Shown: piece after piece, positions 49,998 to 60,423 of the stretch
Numbering within the stretch: the first letter of the stretch is position 1
Layout of the letters: each line of letters opens with the position of its first letter
Assembly (NCBI GenBank): GCA_964549935.1
Contig: CAZJVT010000001.1
Span: 155,922 to 219,921 of the forward strand
Reading direction: 5' to 3'
From: an uncultured Candidatus Saccharibacteria bacterium
GTDB lineage: Bacteria > Patescibacteriota > Minisyncoccia > UBA6257 > 1-14-0-10-44-23
Length of the DNA stretch: 64,000 bases
Notes under the pieces: model-generated
Databases searched by the model: none
The model's input: the letters and a program-made list of their open reading frames with translations, nothing else
Told to the model about the DNA's origin: nothing
Made by a program: the position numbers and the translations under genes

Positions 49998-50522
49998 ATG
50001 CGGAGGTTACGGCGTATTTTTATCATTGCAGTAGTCGCCTCGGCCGTGGCGTTTTTTAGTGGTGATGCAGTGAGGCCTGCGAAGGTCTCAGTTTCTTCGG
50101 CTTTGCAAAATACTACTGAGCTGGTCCAGCGCGTCATTGACGGCGATACCATCGAGCTTGCCTCCGGAGAACGGGTTCGGTATATCGGTATTGATACACC
50201 GGAGACCGTTGACCCGCGTAGGCCAGTGCAGTGCTTCGGCGAGGCGGCGAGCTCGGAAAATCAGAGGTTGGTCGAAAGAAAGGAGGTTAGATTAGTAAAA
50301 GATGTACGTGATAAGGATCAGTACGGGCGATTATTGCGTTATGTGTATGTCGGAGACACTTTTATCAATCTCACGCTCGTAGAAGGCGGCTTTGCGTTAG
50401 TAGAAACAGTACCGCCGGACGTTGCGCACGCCAGCGAGTTCGTCTCTGCGGCCAGAGAGGCTAAAGGGGCGCAGCGGGGATTATGGAGGTCGTGTACTGG
50501 TGTATACCCCCACACCAAATAA
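49998..50522 (+). CDS. Thermonuclease (SNase) family protein
   Basis: VIDGDT, RYIGIDTPE and DQYGRLLRYV. Confidence 0.92.
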   Translation: MRRLRRIFIIAVVASAVAFFSGDAVRPAKVSVSSALQNTTELVQRVIDGDTIELASGERVRYIGIDTPETVDPRRPVQCFGEAASSENQRLVERKEVRLVKDVRDKDQYGRLLRYVYVGDTFINLTLVEGGFALVETVPPDVAHASEFVSAAREAKGAQRGLWRSCTGVYPHTK

Positions 50523-50581
50523 GCCGTTTTCTTTTGTAACCGTTAGTGGTATGCATTTTGGTGTGGGGGTATACTAAAGTT

Positions 50582-50782
50582 ATGCATAAGCAGCTAAGGA
50601 TTCCTTCCGTCCACCGCCTCGCTGACCTTCTGGTTTACGCCGTCTTCGGCGTTATCGGTGGAGTCTTTCTTTTTATCATGATTCAGTGGGCGCGCGGCTA
50701 TTCAGTCGCTTTACCGGCGATGCCGACAACAGATGTGCTTCCAGTTGAAATTGCCGGGACGACTGCTGTGCATATTAAATAA
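50582..50782 (+). CDS. Small membrane protein
   Basis: TATACT-N6-ATG leaderless start and one TM. Confidence 0.55.
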   Translation: MHKQLRIPSVHRLADLLVYAVFGVIGGVFLFIMIQWARGYSVALPAMPTTDVLPVEIAGTTAVHIK

Positions 50783-50786
50783 AAAC

Positions 50787-51254
50787 ATGTCACTCCTCAA
50801 ATTTTTAGTACCGGTTGCAGTTTTTGCCGCTGCATTTATTGGAGGTCGCTTTACGTCGAGCAGTTTGGAATCTTGGTATAAGACGCTTAAGTTCCCGAGT
50901 TTTGTTCCGCCCGGTTCAGTTATCGGAATCGTTTGGACAGTTTTGTTTATTCTGCTCGCCATTGCGATGTTGCTGTATCTACAAAAGGCACCGGATGACT
51001 CAAGGCGCACCCTGGTGCTGCTGGTATTTTTCAGCAATCTTATCCTAAACGTTGGGTGGAGCTATCTTTTCTTTTATCAGCACCTTGTCGGTTTAGCCGT
51101 CTTTGAAGCAGGGATCTTGGCGCTTTCGGTTGTGCTTTTGATTCTGTTTGTATGGCCGGTCTCGGCTTTGGCTGCGTGCTTGCTAATTCCTTACGCTGCC
51201 TGGGTTAGCTTTGCGACGTTTTTGACGTATAGCATTTGGGTGCTCAATAAGTAG
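50787..51254 (+). CDS. TspO/MBR family protein
   Basis: WYKTLKFPSFVPP, VWTVL and LIPYAAWVSFA. Confidence 0.9.
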   Translation: MSLLKFLVPVAVFAAAFIGGRFTSSSLESWYKTLKFPSFVPPGSVIGIVWTVLFILLAIAMLLYLQKAPDDSRRTLVLLVFFSNLILNVGWSYLFFYQHLVGLAVFEAGILALSVVLLILFVWPVSALAACLLIPYAAWVSFATFLTYSIWVLNK

Positions 51255-51257
51255 CGC

Positions 51258-51761
51258 ATGGAAGTGGTGGTCGTCAATGACTCGATGCAGCGTAACTATC
51301 GTTACGAGCTTGCAGAGCCGGAGAGCAAAAATTTTAATCCGGAGTTTAAGCCGCAGCTTACGCCAAAACAGATGCTCGAACTCGGTGTTTTCGGCGGGAA
51401 GTATATGACTGATTGTCGGGATGAATTTCCGACAGATTGGTTTACGAATGCAAAACTGTCGCCGGAAGGCAAAAACCCAAAGTTGAATTTTTTTAAAGTC
51501 GACGCGAGTCTGCCACTTTTGGCATGGCGGCACAAGGGCTGGATTTATAAAGATGATCCACGCGGTTGGTTTCAGTGGTACTGCCGATATTATCGGGGCA
51601 GGCGTATCCCGGCGGAGGATGCACGTCAAATTAAGCGCTGGAAAGCTATAGCGCGACACGCAGCGGCGATTAAAAAGAACTGCATGCCGGGGGACTATAG
51701 CTGCCGGCCCAAGCAGCGACAGGCCCTTTTGCATTGGGCTTACGATAGTCGAACGATGTAA
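51258..51761 (+). CDS. Conserved hypothetical protein
   Basis: TPKQMLELGVFGGKY, DPRGWFQWYCRY and RQALLHWAYD. Confidence 0.8.
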   Translation: MEVVVVNDSMQRNYRYELAEPESKNFNPEFKPQLTPKQMLELGVFGGKYMTDCRDEFPTDWFTNAKLSPEGKNPKLNFFKVDASLPLLAWRHKGWIYKDDPRGWFQWYCRYYRGRRIPAEDARQIKRWKAIARHAAAIKKNCMPGDYSCRPKQRQALLHWAYDSRTM

Positions 51762-51864
51762 TGGCTCGCTTACGGCATACTACTGTGCCTCACTTGTCTA
51801 GTTGCATTTTCGGGCTCCTGGGGCATAGAATAAAGCCAATAAGCTTTATTACTATTTAATAACT

Positions 51865-52599
51865 ATGACAAATCCTAACGGTCAGCCGAGTCCTATGAAT
51901 CAGCCGAAGCCGGAGCCGACAAACGCAGGACAGCCGAATGTGCAGCAGCCTAAGCCCGTCGAGCAGCAGAAACAGCATGAAGCCCATAAGGTTTCGCACC
52001 ACAAACAGAATGACTCGCAACCGCGCCGAGTTTCGATGCTTGGTAAGTTTGTTGTCGGCGTCGTAGTTTTCGTTGCTATTGCCTGGGTTTTGAGTGCGTT
52101 GCGGACGAAGGCGCCAGAAAATTCTCTTGTTACTGAAACTGACAACGCCAGCTCAACAGAGGCCGTGTATTCAAGTTTTGCCCCAGTGACAGCTGCCGGG
52201 ACTACATATTCGCTGGGTGGTGTTTCGTTCCTTTTTGAGCCGCAGTCAGCAGAAGACGCCGGCGTTCCTTCGACCCGTGTTCGTTTAAAGTTGAACGACG
52301 TCAAACGTAATGGATCCGCTTTTGACGTTGCTTCATACCGTCTTGGCACATACCGGGGAGAGTGCAGCGCTGTTTCTGCCGATGCCTACTTGAGTAGCTC
52401 TGCCGAGAAGGGCGCGCTTGCCTTCGCCGCTTGTAACTATCAAGGATCGGGGCGCCAGCTTGCTGTTTTCCAGGAGGGACAAAAAATTGTTGTTAAGGCT
52501 CGTACGATCACTGAAGACGGCGTACAGATTGAGGCGATGACTCCGATTCTTTATATTGATCTCAACAACATCCCGACGTTGCCTGCTGCAACCCAGTAA
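51865..52599 (+). CDS. Membrane-anchored hypothetical protein
   Basis: P/Q-rich N-terminus, a TM and an extracellular domain. Confidence 0.75.
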   Translation: MTNPNGQPSPMNQPKPEPTNAGQPNVQQPKPVEQQKQHEAHKVSHHKQNDSQPRRVSMLGKFVVGVVVFVAIAWVLSALRTKAPENSLVTETDNASSTEAVYSSFAPVTAAGTTYSLGGVSFLFEPQSAEDAGVPSTRVRLKLNDVKRNGSAFDVASYRLGTYRGECSAVSADAYLSSSAEKGALAFAACNYQGSGRQLAVFQEGQKIVVKARTITEDGVQIEAMTPILYIDLNNIPTLPAATQ

Positions 52600-52705
52600 G
52601 GCAGCAAGAGGTGACCCCGCTTTAGGGGGCAGGATTGATATATAATAAACAGCTGAGGTGTAGTACTGTGTAGGTAAACAATTAAGATTTCTTATTTCTA
52701 AAAGG

Positions 52706-53347
52706 ATGAAACGATATGCCCTGCCCCTTTCTATCGCCGCGGGAATTATTATTCTAATCGCTTTAATGTTTGTCGGAGGCTCCAAAACTCCGAACTATGG
52801 AGGCGGCAATGCTACTGATCAACCGCTTAGCGCTGAATGGGTGCGAGGCAATCCGAGCTCAAGCGTGCAGCTTGTTGAATACAGCGACTTTCAATGCCCT
52901 GCGTGTGCAGCGTATTATCCGCTTATTAAGCAGCTCGAAGAGAAGCTGGGTTCAAAAATAGCATTCGTGTATCGGCATTATCCGCTTTTCCAGCTCCACG
53001 CGAACGCTGACATCGCAGCTCGTGCCGCGGAGGCTGCCGGGAAGCAGGGCAAATTCTGGGAGATGCACGATAAGCTTTTCGAGAATCACTCGGCCTGGGT
53101 TGACTTGCTTGACCCGACCCAAATACTCACCCAATACGCCAAAGATCTTGGGCTTAAGGTTGACCAGTTTACGGTTGATTTGTCGGCCGCAGACGTGAAG
53201 CAGGCCGTTGCCGATGACTATCAGCGAGGACAGAAAGCCGGTATCCAGGGAACGCCATCATTCTTTGTTAATGGAGTGAAGATTGCAAACCCGACTTCCG
53301 TTGAGGGATTCTCCGCGGTTTTGGAGGCGGCGCTTGGCGGGAAATAA
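52706..53347 (+). CDS. DsbA-like thioredoxin
   Basis: EYSDFQCPAC and GTPSF. Confidence 0.92.
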   Translation: MKRYALPLSIAAGIIILIALMFVGGSKTPNYGGGNATDQPLSAEWVRGNPSSSVQLVEYSDFQCPACAAYYPLIKQLEEKLGSKIAFVYRHYPLFQLHANADIAARAAEAAGKQGKFWEMHDKLFENHSAWVDLLDPTQILTQYAKDLGLKVDQFTVDLSAADVKQAVADDYQRGQKAGIQGTPSFFVNGVKIANPTSVEGFSAVLEAALGGK

Positions 53348-53355
53348 AGAATATA

Positions 53356-53402
53356 CCTAAAACCAAAAGCCCCTGTGCATAACCGGGGCTTTTGGTTTTA
53401 GG
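53356..53402 (+). terminator. Intrinsic terminator
   Basis: CCTAAAACCAAAAGCCCC...GGGGCTTTTGGTTTTAGG. Confidence 0.75.
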
Positions 53403-53487
53403 AGAACGGGAGGATACTAAGAAGAAAGTGCGCGGAAGCGCAATTTCTCGTTTTTCGGAGCAAGCATTATTTATTAATTAATTATTT

Positions 53488-53934
53488 ATGGAATTCTTTA
53501 AAAAGCAGTCGTTTTGGTTGACGGTTACACGCGTAGTTATCGGGTGGCTCTTTCTATACGCCGGGTGGCACAAAATCAGCGATTCAGCCTGGTCAGCGGC
53601 CGGCTACCTTAACAACGCGAAGACATTTGCGGGATTTTACCACTGGCTTGCGAGTCCTTCGATGATCGGTATCACGAATTTCTTTAATGAGTGGGGGCTG
53701 TTTATTATCGGCATTATGCTCATTCTCGGCATCTGCGTGCGCTACGCAGCCGTTGCCGGTGCAATTATGATGGTACTCTACTACTTCCCGGTACTTGATT
53801 TCCCGTATCCTAATGCCAACTCCTTTATCGTGGATGACCACATTATCTACGCAGCCGTGCTCGCGCTCATTGCAACTGTTGCGCACGACTCAGGGTGGTG
53901 GACCAAGACTATCGGCAAGATGAAGAAAGCGTAA
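53488..53934 (+). CDS. DoxX family membrane protein
   Basis: RVVIGWLFLYAGWHK. Confidence 0.85.
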   Translation: MEFFKKQSFWLTVTRVVIGWLFLYAGWHKISDSAWSAAGYLNNAKTFAGFYHWLASPSMIGITNFFNEWGLFIIGIMLILGICVRYAAVAGAIMMVLYYFPVLDFPYPNANSFIVDDHIIYAAVLALIATVAHDSGWWTKTIGKMKKA

Positions 53935-54010
53935 CGATCTGTTGCCGCTTTTAACAAACAGGGTGTCCGCCTCGGCGGACACCCTGTTTGTTTTCTGCTA
54001 CTATGATTCT

Positions 54011-54592
54011 ATGGATATCGTGCGCCCGGCACCGCAGCAGAAACGTCCCGCAGATGCCAAGCTCGTTTTTAAGGGTGTCATTTTTGATGCTTATCAATGG
54101 CAGCAGAAGATGTTTGACGGTAGCGAGAAAACCTTCGAGGTCCTGACGCGTCCGGATACCGCCATTGTTATTCCTGTAACTAAAGACGGGTGCATTCTTG
54201 TTATCAACGAGCAGCAGCCCGGACAAGAGCTTCGAGTTGATTTCCCGGGAGGAAGGATAGACGTCGGTGAAAAGCCTGATCAGGCTGCATTGCGGGAGTT
54301 GCGCGAGGAGACGGGCTATACAGCCAAAGATATTGTGCTGTGGCGGGCTTGGCATCCACAGCAGAAACTAGACTGGGTTGTGTATGTTTTTATCGCGCGG
54401 GGATGCGAGAAAGAAGCCGATCAGCATCTTGATGCTGGAGAAAAGATAACTATGCAGGAGGTTGGCTTTGACAAAACATTAGAGTTGGCTCGCGAAGGCG
54501 CTTTCGCCGGCGGGTTGGCTGGCGATGCCTATCGCGCCGCTCTTGAGCCTGCGTATTATCAAGAACTCAAAAAGCTTTTTGGGCTTGCCTAA
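54011..54592 (+). CDS. Nudix hydrolase (ADP-ribose pyrophosphatase-like)
   Basis: PGGRIDVGEKPDQAALRELREETG Nudix box. Confidence 0.92.
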   Translation: MDIVRPAPQQKRPADAKLVFKGVIFDAYQWQQKMFDGSEKTFEVLTRPDTAIVIPVTKDGCILVINEQQPGQELRVDFPGGRIDVGEKPDQAALRELREETGYTAKDIVLWRAWHPQQKLDWVVYVFIARGCEKEADQHLDAGEKITMQEVGFDKTLELAREGAFAGGLAGDAYRAALEPAYYQELKKLFGLA

Positions 54593-54612
54593 ATAAGGGG
54601 TATACTAACACT

Positions 54613-54777
54613 ATGGGATACCGATTGGGCGTACAAAAAGATGTAAGCATCATCATTTTCGTTATTATTCTCATTGCACTTGCGATAGTGGCCAGTCTTT
54701 TGGCTAAGCAATGTCAGTTTTTTCCGCAATGCAGTGAGACAAACTATAATCCTGCGCTGATTACCGGCGGAGAGTAA
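54613..54777 (+). CDS. Small single-TM protein (54 aa)
   Basis: Own translation; TATACT-N6-ATG. Confidence 0.55.
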   Translation: MGYRLGVQKDVSIIIFVIILIALAIVASLLAKQCQFFPQCSETNYNPALITGGE

Positions 54778-54861
54778 GGAAGTATTTTATTTTTCGAAAA
54801 GATCTTTTATACTTAGGTAAGGTAAAGGTCGTATTTAGTTTAGGAATCTTTGAAAATATTT

Positions 54862-55014
54862 ATGGATGAACAGAAAATGGCCGAGATGAAAGCGCCGTGC
54901 ACTTGCGGAAGCGGTAAGCCGGCGGGGATGTGTTGCAAAAAGGATGAGCCCTGCCCGTGTGGTAGCGGCAAGCCAGTTGGGCAGTGCTGCATGGCGAGCC
55001 CTGAAACCCATTAG
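54862..55014 (+). CDS. Micro-protein with two SEC-C-like metal-binding motifs (50 aa)
   Basis: APCTCGSGKPAGMCC...EPCPCGSGKPVGQCC; a terminator follows at 55019-55052. Confidence 0.8.
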   Translation: MDEQKMAEMKAPCTCGSGKPAGMCCKKDEPCPCGSGKPVGQCCMASPETH

Positions 55015-55121
55015 TTTCAAAATCAAAAACCGCCTTTGGGCGGTTTTTGATTGTAATAAGTTCTTTATTCTACGGCTTCTATGGTACCGGAAAGGTCTAA
55101 TTAACGTTTATTTTCTACTAT

Positions 55122-55256
55122 ATGGACCAAGCAATGACTGACAAAATGAACGCGCCGTGTTCCTGCGGAAGCGGTAAGCCGGCTAAGGAGTGTCATATGA
55201 AAACGGAGTGGGAGAAAGCCCAGGAGGCCTCGAAGCCAGCCGAACCGGCGAAGTAA
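55122..55256 (+). CDS. Micro-protein with one SEC-C-like motif (44 aa)
   Basis: NAPCSCGSGKPAKECH. Confidence 0.75.
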   Translation: MDQAMTDKMNAPCSCGSGKPAKECHMKTEWEKAQEASKPAEPAK

Positions 55257-55371
55257 TCGGGGGCCGCAGTCTACAATACGTAGGCTGCGGTTTTTGATTT
55301 TTACGACTGTGAATGTTAGAATAGTTTTCAAGCACCCCCTTAGATCTAAAAGCGGGGCGCTTCTCACGTTT

Positions 55372-57198
55372 ATGAAACGCAACAAATTTAAAGTTGTTTC
55401 TGAATATACTCCCGCGGGTGATCAACCGACGGCTATTAAACAGCTCGTAGCCGGCATCGAAAAAGGTGACCACTATCAGACTCTACTGGGCGTTACCGGT
55501 TCCGGCAAGACTTTTACGATGGCCAAAGTTATCGAGCAGATTAATAAGCCGACGCTGGTCATCGCGCCCAACAAAACACTCGCCGCGCAGCTGTATCAGG
55601 AGTACCAAGCATTTTTCCCAGAGAACAAAGTCTGCTACTTCGTTTCCTATTACGACTACTATCAACCGGAGGCGTATTTGCCGGTTACTGACACCTATAT
55701 CGAAAAAGAGGCGATGATCAATGAGGAGATTGACCGATTCCGTCACGTCGCCACTTCGGCGCTGCTTACGCGCAGCGACGTCATCGTCGTTGCTTCGGTA
55801 TCCTGTATTTACAATCTCGGAGTCCCAGAGAACTATTTTGACTCAATTATTAAACTTGACGTAGGCCAGCCGATGACCCGCGGTGATTTGGTGAAGTGGC
55901 TCGTCAAAGTCGGGTTCACCCGCAACGCTGTAGCGCAAAAGCGCGGGACATTTAGGATTCGTGGTGATATTTTTGAAATCAACGCGGCTAGCGAGGAGTT
56001 GGTGTACCGCGTGGATATTACGGGTCAGAAAGTTATGGAGCTGGCGCTCGTTGACCGGATAACCCGAAAAGTCAAAGGAACACTTAACGAGTTGATTATT
56101 TTCCCGCCGAAACACTTCGTGACCACGATTCCGGAGCGAGAGCGGGCAACCAAAGACATCAAGGCAGAACTAAAGGAGCGTCTGGCGTATTTAAGCAAAA
56201 ACAAATTATTGCTTGAAGCGGAGCGTCTTGAGCGTCGCACAAAGTATGATATTGAGATGATTTCCACGCTTGGCTTTTGTCACGGGATTGAGAACTATTC
56301 ACGTCACTTGTCCGGCAAACCACCGGGTTCGCCGCCGGATTCTTTGATGTCTTATTTTCCGAAAGACAAGAATGGCAAGCCGGATTTTCTTACTATCATC
56401 GACGAAAGCCACATCGCCATTCCGCAGATCGCCGGAATGTATGCCGGAGACCAGGCGCGCAAAAAGGTGCTGGTTGAATTTGGTTGGCGTCTGCCTTCGG
56501 CGATGGATAATCGTCCGCTTAACTTTAAGGAGTTCGAGGAGCGAGTTGGGCAAACTATCTTTACCTCTGCTACGCCAGCAAAGTTCGAAAAAGAGGGCTC
56601 CGCGCAAATCGTCGAACAAATCGTGCGTCCAACTGGGCTTGTTGATCCGCCGATTGAGATTCGACCGGTTTTTAACCGTGAGAAAAATCGTAGTCAGATC
56701 GACGACGTTATCGCTGAAACAACGGCGAACATCAAGAAAGGCGAGAAGACGCTGATTATCACGCTGACGAAAAAGCAGTCCGAGGAGCTTGCGCAGTTTT
56801 TAACCGAGAAAGGCTTCCGAGCCAAGTTTATGCACTCTGATACGCTGACGATGGAGCGCACGGAGATTTTGAAGGGCCTGCGCACGAATGAATTCGACGT
56901 ACTCATCGGCGTCAACCTCCTGCGTGAAGGATTAGACTTGCCGGAGGTTTCTTTGGTTGCTATTTTGGACGCTGACCGTGAAGGATTTTTGCGTAGCGAG
57001 GTTTCGCTGATTCAAACCATGGGCCGTGCCGCTCGTAACCTCGGCGGACGCGTTATTCTCTATGCTGATACTATGACGGGTTCAATGGAGCGAGCTATTG
57101 CCGAATGTGAGCGTCGTCGTAAGATCCAGCTTGCGTACAACAAAAAGAACAACATTACCCCGAAAGGCATTACGAAAGGGGTTCGTGAGTTTGAGTAG
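55372..57198 (+). CDS. uvrB: Excinuclease ABC subunit B
   Basis: GVTGSGKT, FVSYYDYYQPEAY, DESH and GRAAR; lacks the C-terminal UVR domain. Confidence 0.96.
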   Translation: MKRNKFKVVSEYTPAGDQPTAIKQLVAGIEKGDHYQTLLGVTGSGKTFTMAKVIEQINKPTLVIAPNKTLAAQLYQEYQAFFPENKVCYFVSYYDYYQPEAYLPVTDTYIEKEAMINEEIDRFRHVATSALLTRSDVIVVASVSCIYNLGVPENYFDSIIKLDVGQPMTRGDLVKWLVKVGFTRNAVAQKRGTFRIRGDIFEINAASEELVYRVDITGQKVMELALVDRITRKVKGTLNELIIFPPKHFVTTIPERERATKDIKAELKERLAYLSKNKLLLEAERLERRTKYDIEMISTLGFCHGIENYSRHLSGKPPGSPPDSLMSYFPKDKNGKPDFLTIIDESHIAIPQIAGMYAGDQARKKVLVEFGWRLPSAMDNRPLNFKEFEERVGQTIFTSATPAKFEKEGSAQIVEQIVRPTGLVDPPIEIRPVFNREKNRSQIDDVIAETTANIKKGEKTLIITLTKKQSEELAQFLTEKGFRAKFMHSDTLTMERTEILKGLRTNEFDVLIGVNLLREGLDLPEVSLVAILDADREGFLRSEVSLIQTMGRAARNLGGRVILYADTMTGSMERAIAECERRRKIQLAYNKKNNITPKGITKGVREFE

Positions 57199-57214
57199 CT
57201 TCGTGATATTATAG

Positions 57215-57703
57215 ATGTTAATGAAGAAAGGCTCACCCGGATTTACTACGTTCGAGGTCGTGCTCGGCGTCGTGCTCATCGTCATTCTCGGCGGTGGCAT
57301 TATTTACGCTGTTAATCCGCTGAACTACTCCAGTAAGTTTCGTAATGCGCAACGCACTGCCGACGCACAATCAATTATGAGCGCGATTCAGCAAAAGCTC
57401 GTTGATGACAGAGGTATTTTCCGCTGTTCAGCGGGACAGTTGCCGTTGGCCGCAGCGATGAAGCAACCGGGGCATGAGTCGGAGACCTACTATGATATGG
57501 CTCGTTGTTTGGTTCCTAGCTATTTACCGTTTTTGCCTTTTGACCCGGCTACAGGCCACTGGAATTCGGCTGGTGACTACGTGACGGGTTACCAGGTCGG
57601 CTACAGCTCCTCTACGGGGCAGATTGCTGTTGTTGCGCCATATGCCGAGCCGCCGCTTTTGATCGATATCTTCCGTAAACATCCTACAAGTACAAAAAAA
57701 TAG
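57215..57703 (+). CDS. Divergent type IV pilin-like protein
   Basis: G|FTTFEVVLGV; RNAQR, CSAG and CLVPSYL match the pilins at 3955 and 4498. Confidence 0.85.
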   Translation: MLMKKGSPGFTTFEVVLGVVLIVILGGGIIYAVNPLNYSSKFRNAQRTADAQSIMSAIQQKLVDDRGIFRCSAGQLPLAAAMKQPGHESETYYDMARCLVPSYLPFLPFDPATGHWNSAGDYVTGYQVGYSSSTGQIAVVAPYAEPPLLIDIFRKHPTSTKK

Positions 57704-57795
57704 CAGGTAGCCGGTTTTTGCTTTCTTGAGTTTTCTTTTGTATACTCATCCCAGATACCCCCTTATATTCAAAAAGGCGGGCGTTCTGCTTATCT

Positions 57796-60423
57796 ATGGC
57801 CCCTAAAAAATCCAACGAATTCGTCAATAAAATTGTCATCAAGGGCGCGCGCGTTCACAATTTGAAGAACGTCAATTTAGAGTTGCCGAAAAATCAGCTC
57901 ATCGTTTTTTCCGGTCTCTCCGGCAGCGGCAAGTCATCACTCGCGTTTGATACGATTTTTGCCGAAGGGCAGCGCCGTTACGTTGAGTCGCTTTCTCCGT
58001 ACGCCCGTCAATTTTTGGGCCAGATGGAAAAGCCGGACGTCGATGAGATAACCGGACTTTCGCCGGCAATCGCTATCGATCAGAAGGCGCATTCACACAA
58101 CCCGCGTTCGACCGTCGCAACGCTCACGGAAATTTACGACTATATGCGCGTGCTTTTTGCGCGCGCCGGTGTTGCATACTGTCCGACCTGTGGTCGCGCT
58201 ATCCGCAAAATGGCGCCGGAGGAGATTGTTGACACGGTCCGGGATGAGGCGGCCAAGCGCAAAGCGGAGCACGTTGTCGTCATGGCCTCCATTGTTCGTG
58301 GGCGTAAGGGAGAATACTTCCAGCTGCTGCAGGATTTGTATCGCGATGGATTTACGCAGGTCCGCATCGACGGCAAGATGACCTCGCTCAACGAGAAGGT
58401 TGAGCTGAAGCGGTATGGCGCGCATACGATTGATTTGATTGTCGACAAAGTGATGCCGTCTGACAAAACTCGTATGTTTGAAGCAGTTGAAACGGCGCTC
58501 CAAAAAGGCAAGGGTTTAATTTCTGTTTCCTTTGGCGAACCGACAAACGTAAGGGCAAAAGGGAAGCTGGCCGAAGAGGGTACGCCGCAGTGGGAGGCCG
58601 ACCTGGCAGCTTCGAAGGCGCTCGAGGAAAACAAGAACGAGCAGATGTTTTCGGCCCACTGGAGCTGTCCGCACGACGGGTTTTCCTTCCCGGAAATAGA
58701 GCCGCGCCTGTTCTCATTCAACAGTCCATTCGGTGCCTGTGAGGAGTGTCACGGTATTGGGCACGATTTTTTCGACGATACAAAAGTCTGCGTAAAGTGT
58801 AGCGGTGCGCGTCTGCGCCCCGAGGTTTTGGCGATTCGCTTAGGTGGTAAAAATATCGACGAACTTGTTTCGATGACCATTGATGAGTCCTACGAGTTTT
58901 TTGCCGACATTGATAAGCACCTGTCCGCCAGTCAGCGTACGATCGCCAAAAATGCCTTGAAGGAAATCACCGATCGCTTGGAGTTTCTGCTCGAAGTTGG
59001 CTTGGACTATCTGACACTCAAGCGCGAGAGTGGCACGCTTAGTGGCGGCGAGGCGCAGCGTATTCGTTTGGCATCACAGATTGGCTCGAAGCTCTCCGGT
59101 ACGCTCTACGTGCTCGATGAACCGACGATTGGTCTGCATGAGCGCGATAACGAGCGCTTGATTAAGATTATGAAAGAGCTGCGCGACCTCGGTAACAGTT
59201 TGATCGTTGTCGAGCACGACGAGCGCGTTATCCGTGAGGCGGACCACTTCGTCGATATCGGTCCGGGTCCGGGCGTACACGGCGGCACGATTGTGGCCGA
59301 GGGCCCTATGCCGGAGGTGCTCAAGAAGTCGGCTAAGGAGTCGCTGACGGCCCGCTACTTAAACGGTGAGGAGGAGATCGAGATCCCAAAGACGCGCCGC
59401 GACAAGGACAAGGGCTGGCTGAAGATAATCGGCGCGACGGCCAACAACATCAAGAACTTGAATGCTGAGATTCCGCTCGGTCGGCTTGTGTGTATCACGG
59501 GAGTCTCTGGAAGCGGTAAGTCGACGTTGCTTGAAGATGTTTTGTATAAAAACACCCAGAAGATGCTGGGCGGATTCCAAAACTTACATGGTGTTTCAAA
59601 GATCATCGGCACCGAGTATCTGCGTCACGTGATTTCTATTGACCAGTCGCCGATCGGTAAAACACCGCGATCTAACCCGGCTACGTACACGGGTGTCTGG
59701 GGTCCTGTTCGTGACTTATTCTCGATGCTGCCGGAGGCCGTTGAGCGAGCTTATGGTCCTGGAAGGTTCAGTTTTAACGTCCCGGGTGGACGCTGCGAGG
59801 CCTGCGAAGGAGCGGGTGCGAAGGTTATCGAGATGCACTTCTTGCCGGACGTGCTCGTTACTTGCGATGTCTGCCGTGGTAAGCGCTTCAGTGCCGAGAC
59901 ACTCGAGGTAAAGTATAAAGGCAAAAACATTGCCCAGGTACTCGACATGACCGTCGAGGAGGCACTCCTGCACTTTGAAGGTGTGTACACGATTGCCGAC
60001 AAGCTTAAAGTTCTCAACGAGGTCGGGCTGAACTACATCAAGCTCGGCCAGAGTGCGACGACGCTCTCGGGTGGCGAGGCGCAGCGTATCAAGCTTAGTA
60101 AGGAGCTGGCTCGACCGATGGCGCGGAATGATTTGTTTATTTTAGACGAGCCGACGACGGGACTGCACTTCGAAGACGTGAAGATGCTGCTCGCTGTTTT
60201 GCAGCGTATCGTCGAAAAGGGGAACACAGTGATTCTCATCGAGCACAACATGCACGTGATTAAAGTGGCCGACTACCTTATCGACATGGGTCCGGAAGCC
60301 GGTATCCGTGGCGGCAAGATCATTGCCGAAGGCACACCAGAAGAGGTGGCGCACAATACGAAATCGATAACGGGAAAGTACCTGAAACCGTACTTGCGTA
60401 GCTCTAAAAATTCGAATAAGTAG
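57796..60423 (+). CDS. uvrA: Excinuclease ABC subunit A
   Basis: GLSGSGKSSLAFDT, LSGGEAQRI twice and zinc fingers. Confidence 0.96.
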   Translation: MAPKKSNEFVNKIVIKGARVHNLKNVNLELPKNQLIVFSGLSGSGKSSLAFDTIFAEGQRRYVESLSPYARQFLGQMEKPDVDEITGLSPAIAIDQKAHSHNPRSTVATLTEIYDYMRVLFARAGVAYCPTCGRAIRKMAPEEIVDTVRDEAAKRKAEHVVVMASIVRGRKGEYFQLLQDLYRDGFTQVRIDGKMTSLNEKVELKRYGAHTIDLIVDKVMPSDKTRMFEAVETALQKGKGLISVSFGEPTNVRAKGKLAEEGTPQWEADLAASKALEENKNEQMFSAHWSCPHDGFSFPEIEPRLFSFNSPFGACEECHGIGHDFFDDTKVCVKCSGARLRPEVLAIRLGGKNIDELVSMTIDESYEFFADIDKHLSASQRTIAKNALKEITDRLEFLLEVGLDYLTLKRESGTLSGGEAQRIRLASQIGSKLSGTLYVLDEPTIGLHERDNERLIKIMKELRDLGNSLIVVEHDERVIREADHFVDIGPGPGVHGGTIVAEGPMPEVLKKSAKESLTARYLNGEEEIEIPKTRRDKDKGWLKIIGATANNIKNLNAEIPLGRLVCITGVSGSGKSTLLEDVLYKNTQKMLGGFQNLHGVSKIIGTEYLRHVISIDQSPIGKTPRSNPATYTGVWGPVRDLFSMLPEAVERAYGPGRFSFNVPGGRCEACEGAGAKVIEMHFLPDVLVTCDVCRGKRFSAETLEVKYKGKNIAQVLDMTVEEALLHFEGVYTIADKLKVLNEVGLNYIKLGQSATTLSGGEAQRIKLSKELARPMARNDLFILDEPTTGLHFEDVKMLLAVLQRIVEKGNTVILIEHNMHVIKVADYLIDMGPEAGIRGGKIIAEGTPEEVAHNTKSITGKYLKPYLRSSKNSNK

